Shown piece by piece: positions 15,211 to 26,136 of a stretch of 64,000 nucleotides of DNA. The translations under genes were made by a program, and so were the position numbers. Where the stretch lies: NCBI RefSeq assembly GCF_006345805.1, contig NW_021832611.1, forward strand, positions 186,001 through 250,000. The letters are read 5' to 3'. Below the pieces are notes generated by a model, which made no database searches, was not told the DNA's origin, and was given only the letters and a program-made list of their open reading frames with translations. The first letter of the stretch is position 1. The number at the start of each line of letters is the position of its first letter. The stretch comes from Octopus sinensis. Its lineage: Eukaryota.

Positions 15211-18200
15211 GCAAATGAACATGAGCGTCGATACAACGCACCAACATCAAACCAGGTAGGAATTTTAATAGTAGGTCAACAATATGATACTAGAGACATT
15301 ATCATAAACAAAAGATCCACTGGATTAATGAGAATTTCAGAAACGCATCGATCATACGATGCTCTTCAGTACCCATTAATATTCCCCAGAGGAGAGGATG
15401 GCTACAATTTTAGAGTAATGCATATCAATCCATCAACTGGTTTAACAACCACTAAAAAAACCAGTTGTATGGAATTTTATTCTTATAGGTTAATAATACG
15501 AGAGCAAGATTTCAACATGATTCATCGTACAGGACATTTATTTAATCAGTTTATTGTAGATATGTATGCAAAGATAGAAGCAGAGAGACTTCTCTACATT
15601 CGTTTAAATCAGCGAAAACTAAGAGCTGAGGAGTATATACATCTAAGAGATGCAATAATTAATGATGTTAATGTAACTGATGTAGGTCTAATGGTTATTT
15701 TGCCGTCGTCATTCACGGGAGGACCAAGATATATGCATGAACGCACACAAGATGCGATGACGTACGTAAGAAATTACGGAACACCGGATTTGTTTATCAC
15801 TTTTACATGTAATCAAAAATGGCCAGAAATTAGTGATAACATATTTATAGGGCAAAAGGCAGAGTATAGACAAGACAGCATTGCGAGAGTTTTTAAACGG
15901 AAAGTCGATAAGATGAAGGATCTTCTCACAAAGGGACAGATATTTGGAAAGACAAGATGCCACGTGTATACAGTAGAGTGGCAAAAAAGAGGTTTGCCAC
16001 ATATTGTTATGGTTAGTCACTAAAATTAGGGCTACAGAGATAGATGATTGCATACGGGCAGAATTGCCAAATCCAAGTGAAGATAGAGAATTATACGCGA
16101 TCATCAAAAGAAATATGATACATGGTCCATGTGGCATGTATAACAGATCATCACCGTGTATGCGAAATGGTAAGTGTTCTAAAGGGTAACCTAAAAACTT
16201 AATATATAATACGCAAACAGGTGAAAATGGATTTCCGCTTTACCGAAGAAGGGGCACAGCTGAAGGAAGATTTACTGCAACTCTCCGCGAAGGAAAAGAA
16301 AATGAAATAACAGTTGACAACAGGTGGGTGGTGCCTTATAATCCACTGTTATGTAAGATTTTTGATGCTCATATTAATGTTGAATTTTGTAATTCTATTA
16401 GATCAATTAAATATGTATGTAAATACATTAATAAAGGGTCGGATCAAGCAATTTTTACAATTGAGCAGCGTGACGAGCCAAGCTTTTTTCAGCATGGACG
16501 ATTCATCTGCAGTAATGAAGGAGCATGGAGAATTTTCGGATTTCCGATTCATGAAAGATATCCATTAGTAATGTATTTAGCGGTGCACTTGGAAAATGGA
16601 CAAAGGATATATTTTACAGAAGAAACTGCCCGTAATCAAGTTAGGAATCCAAAAAATTCGTCAATGGTGTACTCTGCGAAACATACAGAGAAGCCTGTTT
16701 TAAATTAGGTCTTTTAGAGGATGACAACCACTGGAATCAGACTTTAACAGAAGCCGCAATTGCAGATTCTCCATCGCGACTAAGGTATTTATATACTTTG
16801 ATGCTAGCCCATTGTGGGTTAGCAAATCCTAAGCAACTGTGGGAAGGGCATCGAGAAAGCATGTGCGAAGATATATTAAGAGAGAAATATAGATCGATTT
16901 TTGATGAAGAGATTTTCAACATTGGATTAATCATGATAGACAGATTGCTAATATCTGTCGTAGGTAAGAGTGTAAGTGATTTTGGTTTAACAATCAGTGA
17001 TCTTCATAATATAAATTCTTTAGATGAGCATTATAATTTAGAAGAACTTCAAAAAATTGTGGAAGAAAGAGAACAAAGCTTATTACCTGGGCAGTTGGAA
17101 ATATACAGAGAAATTAACCGAGTCATCCAAGAAGAAAATGGTTCTATCATCTTTATTGATGCACCAGGTGGTACAGGTAAGACCTATCTTCTAAATTTAT
17201 TGTTAGCAAAGGTGAGAAGCGACAATCAAATAGCATTAGCAGTTGCATCGTCTGGAATTGCTGCAACTCTTTTAGATGGAGGTCGAACAGCACATTCAAC
17301 ATTCCCTTGAACCTGTCTTACAATACTGAACCGGTTTGTAATGTGAAAAAAAATTCAGTTGCGGGTTATAGAATTATGAATTCTAGGTTAATTGTTTGGG
17401 ATGAATGCACAATGGCTCATAAGGGCGCATTCGAAGCAGTCGACAGAACATATAGAGATATCAAGAATTGTGAGGAACTGTTGTTTGGGGGAGCAATAGT
17501 TGTATTGGCAGGTGATTTTAGACAAACTCTGCCAATTATTCAAAGAGGGACGCCTGCGGATGAATTGAATGCCTGCCTCAAATCGTCATACCTGTGGACA
17601 CACGTCAAAAAAGTAAGCTTAGATGTAAATGTACGTGCACATTTACAAGGCGTCAATAGCATATTTCCAAATATCCTTTTAGATATTGGAAATGGGGCAA
17701 TTACTTCAGATATACAGGATCAGAAAATCAGTCTACCGGAAGAATTATGTATATATGTGAATACAGCAGAAGAATTATTCAGTTCAGTATATTCTGAACT
17801 ATCAGAACACTACAGGAATTTCGACTGGCTTCGTGAACGAGCTATATTAGCTCCGCTAAATGATGAGGTACTTAATATAAATTTAGATTTATTAATCAAA
17901 ATCCCTGGAGAAGAAAGAATATATAAATCGGTGGACGTTATTATGGACCATGAAAGAGCCTGCGAATATCCGGTTGAATTTTTAAACTCCTTAGATCCCT
18001 CTGGAATGCCGAATCATCTTTTAAAATTAAAGATAGGCGTTCCAGTGGTTTTATTACGAAATCTTGCGCCACCTAAATTATGCAACGGAACGAGGTTAGT
18101 TATCAAAAATTTGATGGCTAACGTAATAGAGACGACGATATTAACAGGTAAGTATAGAGGTGAGGATGTTTATATTCCACGAATTCCGATAATTTCTGAT

Positions 18201-18619
18201 GAATTACCATTTAGATTTAATTTTCACATGGACAGCTGTATGTGGGATGCTCGAGGGTAGGCAGAAGAGAAAATTTATTCATATATGCCAACGAAGGACG
18301 GACGACAAACATCGTTTATCAACAGGCGATAGAATAGGGTTACATTAAACCAGGTAGTTTTATACATCTACATAAACTTATAGTTGTTTGATGAAACAGG
18401 CCCTCCGCAGGAGCTAGGTCGCGGTGAGCGAAGCGAGCTAGTAATAGATAAAAAATTCGAAAGGAGAAATATCGACAGTACTAATGACCAGACTAAAAAA
18501 ATAGTTACCAAAATTTTACTCTTTGTGGTTTTATTAATAAAATGAAATTAATTGAAGTTAATCTTAATTCAAGGTCAATGTAACAGGCTGCCCATAGGTA
18601 TCGCGTGGCCCATGTGACA

Positions 18620-19040
18620 TACTATGAATTTTTGAAGTGACAATATATAAGATACAAATATCACAAAAAATATAAAATAGTAAAAAAGGAGATTAAAATA
18701 ACAAAATCGAAAAATATCACAAAATTATAAATAGTACATCTGCATAAAGAGTGATAAAACAGGACGGAAGCACATTAGATCTAGAAAATGAAGAGGGGGA
18801 AATTATTAAAAAAGTACTATGAATTTTTGAAAAGTGACAAAATATAAGATACAAATATCACAAAAAATATAAAATAGTAAAAAAGGAGATTAAAATAACA
18901 AAATCGAAAAATATCACAAAATTATAAATAGAAATAAATAAAAAAGGAGATTAAAGGAACAAAATCGAAAAATATCACAAAAAGTATAAATAAGTAAAAA
19001 AGGAGATTAAAGGAATAAAATCGAAAAATATCACAAAAAT
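18620..19040. repeat. A-rich imperfect tandem repeat array (about 55-60 bp unit); also at 33205-33400
   Basis: Recurring AAAATCGAAAAATATCACAAAA and AAAAGGAGATTAAA. A direct repeat of about 115 bp spans 18621-18735 and 18815-18930. Confidence 0.85.
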
Positions 19041-20632
19041 GATGAACTTTCAGATAATTAAATCATTAAAAGAAAATACATCTTGAACTATTCCTTTTGA
19101 ATCCCATTAAGATAAAAAAATAAAGTGTAGCAAATAATTAAGAGAGCACCACAAAGTAAATCAACAGCGTGCTCACACGTGGCTTAATTTATTAGGTATT
19201 AGGTTTACCATTTTAAAATTAAGATAATTAACAATAATTAATAAAAAAACTTTATTTTTATTACAAAACAGTGTCAGTAATTCTCACCTTTTCAAAGAGC
19301 AAGGATCCAATAATAACCAGATTATTGAAAAAGGTTATTTTAAATCAATTAAACTCAGAGTTTGTTCCTTACCAACTCGGGGTGGGGATCGTCAACGGTT
19401 GCGAGTCTGACATCGCCAATTCATTTTTTGTATATCAATCCTCACTGGTGACATAACTATTGAATTAGATAAAGCACGTGAGGAGAATACAGGCAGTGTT
19501 GCAGGGGGCTCGAGCGAAGGAGAAGTACAGGGCAGTGAGGGTGGAGTGTCCGTTCTTCTCGGTGGTGCAGGAGTGTATGTACTGGTTGGACATGCGGGAG
19601 GCGGAATATGCTGAAAAGGCAGGTGAGTGAGTGGAGTGAGCGTAGAACTGCAACGACTGAAGGTAGAGATTGTGCGAGTGATGAACGACAGCGAGGACTT
19701 GCAAAGCAAAATTGACTCGTTGGACGCGGAAGTGAAGATGTTCATTCGCAACAAAATAAGGGTGGTGTCCAAGAAAGTGAGCACTACATTGTGCAAGGAC
19801 ATGACCGAGCTGTTGGAAGTGGTGGGCAATGTGTTGTACGTTGTGCAGGTGAGGACAGTCCTTAATGGCAGACACGCCCCTCCTACATCTGCACACTCCT
19901 CACACTCAGTGAGTTCGACTAGTCATTCCTCACTTGACTCAAGAACATTCTCTTCAACACCTTCAACTACGCCACCCACCCACGCAAGGAGTACTTGCTC
20001 ACCAAGGTCCTTGCTTCCCTAATTGCAGAGGACAATCACGTCATCGACTGGGCAATGCAGACTGTTCTGTCATTCATTTGTTTTCACTCTCAGAGTCATT
20101 CGAGATTCCGACGATCGATTTAAGCACTTTTTCGAGTCACTCCTCACCCCATTCCTCCATAACAACGTCCTCCCAATACAAACCGACCCCACTCTCATCT
20201 ACAAGCACTGGGTCTTTCATAGGGAGGCACAGGAGGATATTTTCACGATGGGATTCCCCTTTACTCCTCTAGAGGACTCCCCTACGATGTGGACACACAC
20301 CAAGCACTCGCTCACCAACATGTCCTCACCTCCTTCAATGCGTCCTTCGAAAGACTCATCCAGGCAGTTAAACCAATCTTGAACGCTCTCTTCGCTCACG
20401 TCCAAATTATTCCGTAATCCACCCACTCACCCCAGATATCCCGTCCGCTATCTCGCCAGTCGACTCCTCGCTCGTCTACAAAACCAGGACACCATTTGGG
20501 CACAAGTCGCCAATCTTATCTACTTCCGATACCTCAACTTGGCAATCATCGTCCCTGAATCATTCGGGACATTCACCAGTTCGAGTGACTTCATCATCAC
20601 ACACGACCAGCGGGCCAACTTGGGAGTGCTTG
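18782..20632 (+). repeat. Segmental duplicate, copy 1, of 33133-35074 (repeat array + CRE-like RT scrap + IQGAP fragment)
   Basis: Colinear near-identity from TAGAAAATGAAGAG to TTGGGAGTGCTTG. Copy 1 lacks about 80 bp present at about 33718-33795. Confidence 0.95.
19437..20632 (+). pseudogene. IQGAP: IQGAP-like RasGAP-related domain fragment, truncated copy 1
   Basis: LQSKIDSLDAEVKMFIRNKI, FNTFNYATHPRKEYLL, IQTDPTLIYKHWV, NLIYFRYLNLAIIVPESF and QRANLG match IQGAP GRD motifs. In-frame stops are present. Confidence 0.8.
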
Positions 20633-21083
20633 TTTTTTGAAATTAGGATATTTATAAGATTTTTAAAGAAAAACTAAATATGAGTTTTGAATCATTTTTT
20701 TGTCGAGGAGTGTAAGTAGGGGTGATAAAGTTAATAAAGTTAAATTTTAACATTTTTTATAAAACTTAAATAAAAACTGTTTTTCACTATTTTTGAACAT
20801 TAAATCTCTCGATTTTAAAAAAATTTTTTTAATTTTGTAAACTATGTTTAGCAACAGTGAAGTGCTCAAAAAGGCATTTTGTTGACATCCACAGGTTGTC
20901 CAAGAAACATAAAATTTCCGTTGGTAAGGATTTTTCGATGATATAATATATAAAGGTGACTAAGAAACTTGGCAAAAATAGCACCTGTGGTAGAGAAACC
21001 AAACAAATTTGCCGAAATATTGCCGACATTAACATAAAATTTTTTTTTAAAACCACATAAAATTAAAAAAAAGAATTTTTTGG

Positions 21084-21330
21084 TGTTAATCCCATTTAGT
21101 TTGACGTTAATCCCACTTAGTTTGACGTTAATCCCACTTAGTTTGACGTTAATCCCACCTAGTTTGACGTTAATCCCACTTAGTTTGACGTTAATCCAAC
21201 TTAGTTTGACGTTAATCTCATTTAGTTTTCTGCTAATCCCACTTAGTTTTCTGCTAATCCCACTTAGTTTGACGTTAATCCCATTTAGTTTTCTGCTAAT
21301 CCCACTTAGTTTGGTGTTAATCCCATTTAG
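21084..21330. repeat. 21-bp minisatellite, about 12 units (GTTAATCCCACTTAGTTTGAC and variants)
   Basis: Directly visible head-to-tail units with three variant types and no spacers. Confidence 0.95.
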
Positions 21331-24300
21331 TATAGGAAATAGTATACACTTTCCTCCGCAAAACCTCATCACGTGGTGTCTGACTTTCTTCTTGCCCTGG
21401 CCAAAATGGAGTTCGATGCTTCCTTTGCAATGGATACTTCCATCTCTACTGCCTCAAAATCAGTAAGAAAGCTGCCTCGGCAATCACCAGATGGCTTTTC
21501 CCTGCCTGTATGCCTTCTCCCCACCGTTCTGCGTCTAAACTCACTAATCACCAAACCATGCCCACAACGGTCAGTAACTCATTTGAAAGGGTGGATTCCT
21601 TCCTCGTTGAGTTGTCATGCTTGCACCGGTCTCTAAAAATCCCTTTCCGAATCCCTAAATCTGCCCGTATACAAGCAGCCATGTGCCTGTCAACCGTTAT
21701 TAACGATACGCTTCTGTTGGACACTTGGGAGGAATATCAAATTATGACATGCGATGCGACATTAGACCTTACTCATGAGCGAGTTCAACAAATTATCGAA
21801 TATTTGAGGAACGGAACATATCTCGATTCGTGTTCTCAATCGAAAAGAAATTTTCGAAGACCACCAGACGATTTATATTAAAACGATTTGAACCGTCGGA
21901 AATTTTATACTTTCGTGCTGCACCTGGAGTGTTATTGCGTGTTTTTTCTTCATGTGAAATGAATGAAAAAATGCAATTCATCAATGAAGTACACGAATCA
22001 AATGGGCATCCCGAACGTAATAGACTAATTGGTCTATTATTGGCATGAAATTAGTACGAAAAGTCTTTGTAGATTCCAATATACACACCAGAAAAGGGAT
22101 TATGAACGAACACATCGACGTTAACATCTACGAAGTGGTGGAAATTCTACCACCCGGACAGATCATAATAAAATCTGAAACAACTGGAGAGATCTTCGAA
22201 GAAAATGACAGAAATATCTCCATAATTCGTACATTATGAATAAATTGTAGCGTGCAAGAATGGTCGTTTTTCCTGTGATGCACAAAAATGACAATCTTGA
22301 AGCAGAAAAAAGTGCTGCTAAGCGATCGCGAACAGAAGTGGATGTGGTAGAACCTACTCAGGTAGCCCATGAGGACGGCTGGCGTACCGTTGGGAAACCT
22401 AAACGTATAGCTTGCCAATTCGCCGGAGATGACGAAAACGAGGAAATAGATTATAAAGTCATTGAAAATCTCAAAAAAGCGGAAGAAAAAATGAGTAAAA
22501 AAAGAAAATGGAAATTTGACGAAGAAGATTTTGAAGTGGAAAACTCGGTAATTTTGAGAAACGACATCGATGCAAACAACAGAAAGTTCCCGTTAGATGA
22601 CGGAATATCTGCCAAAAAATATACAGTCACTGAAAAAATGGTTATTTTTGTTATATCAACAATGAAGAAACCAACGAAGAACTTAAAAATATACACATGT
22701 CAAGATTATCGAAATTAAAAACTTACTGATTTTTTGATTTAAAAAAATAAAACTGAGCATTTTTTGGTAACTTTACGGGGAATCCCGCATAGGGATATTT
22801 TTAAAGCCAATCAGTTGAGTTTTTTAAAAAATAAGTAAACATTCTTCTACTGGTTTTCTTTAAATTATTCATTTTTAGGAGATTCCTCATTTCATAGATA
22901 TCGTGGGATTAAAGGATCGACCAACTTAATTCCCGAAAAAGACACTGAGATGAAGAGTGAAAATTCAGATGGTTAGTTAAAATTTGCAATATATAGAATA
23001 GATTCAAAAAACATGGAATTTTCCTTTAATTTTCCGCCCACCGATGTGACATCTCCATATTTCCAAAAAATGAACAGGAAAATGGGTGTTCATCAGTCAA
23101 AACATTCATTTAAAATTGGAGATAAGTAGGGCAACCAATTGCAATTTTTTGCAATTAAATATAATTTAATTAAAATTCGATAAATAATAAAGTAATGAAT
23201 AGACATTAATTTTAATTATATTTTTATTCGATTTAAATTTGCAATTTTTTGCAATTTTTTGTAGTCATTTTACAATTTTTTGCAATTTTTTTAAATTAAA
23301 AAAAAAATTTTTTTGTTAAAAAATAATATAATTATAAGTAAAAGATTATTAAAACGTGTTTTAGTTGTTTGTTGTAATGGGTAAAAGGACAGTGTCACAG
23401 AAAATTTCATTTTATGCAAAGAAATTCCCCGAGTTTGTTATTGACAGTGAAGGGAATTTATTTTGCTCCAATTGCTCAACTGTTGTACGGTGTGACACAA
23501 AATTTTTTGTTGATGCGCACCGTTCTTCAAAAAAACATTTAAAAGCACACAGTATTTCTTTGAATTTAAATTTATAGAATGGACAAATTCATCTCAGAGT
23601 TCACAAACATTTCTTTCGGCGATAACGGATACTCGAAAGGATTGGGGGATCAAAGTAACACAAGCGTTTTTGGAGGCAAACATACCAATTTATAAAATCA
23701 GACATCCTTCCCTCATACGGCTTTTTGAGCAGGAAACATATCCTTTGCCATCTGAATCATCTTGCAGGTTAAATGTTAAAGAAATATCAAAATATAAAAT
23801 TAATACCATTCAGACTCATTTACTGTTGTTTTTTTTAAGTTATTCAATAGTGGGGAATGTGTTTTTTTTGTTTGTGATGAAGCCCAAATCAATGGAACTC
23901 GTTTTTTAATTACTTTGATTGGGAAAATCTCCACTCCAAAAAATCTTCATTTAGTATTGTGTACCAATCTATATTATCCGCCTACTACTTCAACAATTTG
24001 TGTTGAGGTGGACAAAGTAATAAAGAAATTTTCTATTGAACGTGAAAATTTTATATTATTCGTTACAGATGGGGCGAGATATATGACCAGTGGTATATAT
24101 AAATAAATTTAATTTTAGCTGGGGCATCAATGAAATTGATATACCAAAATCTTTTCCACGTGACTTGCGTGTCACATTTATTGCACAACTGTGCTCTAAA
24201 GATTAAGGCATACTTCGCAGATGTTGATGAATTGATTTCGTCTATAAAGGCTGCCACAGTCAAAAACAAGAGACGTTTGGAGATGTTTTCACGAATCGGA

Positions 24301-24759
24301 AATCCACCCGAAGTTGTGTTACAAGATGGGGAAGCTGGCTAAAAGCAGCAAAATATTACTCCCAGAATCTTCCAGAAATTATTAAAATCGTATCTGAATT
24401 TGAAGGAGATGGAGTTTTAATACAAAATGTTTTAGTTTTTAATTATTTTAGGCAAAAAAATCAGTGAATAATCCTACGTTGTTTCCAAGCTTAACCCAAA
24501 TCAGTTCAAATTATTTGGGATTAATTGAAATGATTTCAAATACTGAATTGCTTGATTACTCCATTGCAACAGCTTATGGTGATCTAAACACCCTAGACTT
24601 TACATCAGATCCATGCGACATAAAATCCTATATATCAAAAAAGCTTGAGAAATCAGGAATACTAAGTATTCTAAGTATTCTTGAATGATCAGCGTGTGAC
24701 GTGGTGACGTGGTGTTCTTGTGAGCAAAATAAAAGAAAAATACTAATAACAATTTCACA

Positions 24760-25893
24760 ATGAATTATTCAAAATCCAAGAAGAATTTTAAATCCCCGAA
24801 TATCCAGGCTTCTGTGCCATCAATCTCGGCTTCTGTGCGCTCTATTTCGGCCTCTGTGCCTTCTATCTCGACCTCTGTACCATCTATCTCGGCCTCCGTG
24901 CCATCTATCCCGGCCTCCGTGCCATCTATCCCGGCCTCCGTGCCATCTGTATGCCTGAGTATTGTACTATCAATACACAACTCAGAGCTCGATTCTATTG
25001 AGATAGCAAACACACTTTGTGGTTGTGAAATCGCTTGTAAGGCTCGAGTGACACGTCGTCACTCGGGCGACTACGTTTTGGATTTCAAAAGTAAAGAGGA
25101 TCTTTCGGCCTTTGTTGACTACTGTAAGTATACCCAGCCCTTTGGACCAAATGGTCACAAAATCGAGGAGGCAAAGCCACGTGCGTCCGCGATAATGCTT
25201 AGGAACCTCCCGAACTGGGTTGGAACCGAGGAACTTGTAAAGTATCTGGGTAAACTAATCTCTCCGGGGTTTTTGGTTGAGAGATTTTTCCGAAATGGAA
25301 GTCCACTTCCTCTGGCTAAAGTGACCATCCCCTCTAGGGGTGAAGCAGCCTCTCTCATACGAATGGGGTTGAAAATTGGTTTCCGCGAAATTTTCTGTAG
25401 TTGGTACAAGCAACCAGACACGCAATGTTTCCGCTGCCAGCGTTTCGGACATATCTCACGGTTCTGTAAAGAAAAAGTGAGATGTCTCATTTGTGAGGGC
25501 CCACATACCCGTTCGGAATGTCCTCTGACTGGAAACTACCCTACCAAGTGCATAAACTGTGGATCCTCAACACACATGGCCAACTATGGAGGATGTCCTG
25601 TTGTCAAGGAGCTTCTTAAAAAGAGATTACCTCGGAAAACTACAGATCAGTCTACTAAACTGAAATTTGATACATCTCCCGCAATGAAAATACAAGGAAA
25701 AACGATCAAAACTGAAACAGGAAACGTGAAAGTACAAAATACCTGGAAAGGATGGAACTTTAATAAAAGTACAAAATTCGTGGATGCTGAGGTTCAGACT
25801 GACGATATCTCTGAATCCATGTCAAACACTTTGAAAACTGCGACACCCACTATATCTACGCAAAAACCAAAATTAAAGTTGGAACAAGCGTAA
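24760..25893 (+). CDS. LINE ORF1 gag-like nucleic-acid-binding protein
   Basis: Three zinc knuckles: CFRCQRFGHISRFC, CLICEGPHTRSEC and CINCGSSTHMANYGGC. N-terminal 21-nt (7-aa, ASVPSIS) repeat at about 24807-24948. Confidence 0.9.
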   Translation: MNYSKSKKNFKSPNIQASVPSISASVRSISASVPSISTSVPSISASVPSIPASVPSIPASVPSVCLSIVLSIHNSELDSIEIANTLCGCEIACKARVTRRHSGDYVLDFKSKEDLSAFVDYCKYTQPFGPNGHKIEEAKPRASAIMLRNLPNWVGTEELVKYLGKLISPGFLVERFFRNGSPLPLAKVTIPSRGEAASLIRMGLKIGFREIFCSWYKQPDTQCFRCQRFGHISRFCKEKVRCLICEGPHTRSECPLTGNYPTKCINCGSSTHMANYGGCPVVKELLKKRLPRKTTDQSTKLKFDTSPAMKIQGKTIKTETGNVKVQNTWKGWNFNKSTKFVDAEVQTDDISESMSNTLKTATPTISTQKPKLKLEQA

Positions 25894-26136
25894 ACACAAC
25901 CGAATATATGACTCAACCCAAAAAAGGCATGAAACTCGGGGACACTTCCAAATCAAACCCGGACAACCACCATGCAACATACAGGTGGCAGATGAAAAGA
26001 CAAATGCAATTGAACATTTAAAAGCAAAACTGGAGGACCTCCATCTTAAATCGAAAACGACGACTAAAAAAACGTTTAAAAATTTACTGGAACTGGTGGC
26101 GCTCGTTATGGAGGACAGTCACCAAAACTTGACGAG

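Larger units (their letters stand above)
13210..18441 (+). mobile_element. Helitron with degenerate Rep-Hel gene, interrupted by a hAT element; 5' end approximate
   Basis: Rep motifs ILPSSFTGGPRYM, PDLFITFT, EWQKRGLPH and KYVCKYINKG. Pif1 helicase motifs [22 protein letters not shown] and LCNGTRL. 3' GC-rich hairpin-like segment ending in CTAG (18438-18441) followed by T. Several frameshifts and deletions. Confidence 0.92.

Noticed and set aside
21084-21330. Possible CRISPR array
   Set aside because: Units are contiguous with no unique spacers, there are no cas genes, and the context is eukaryotic.
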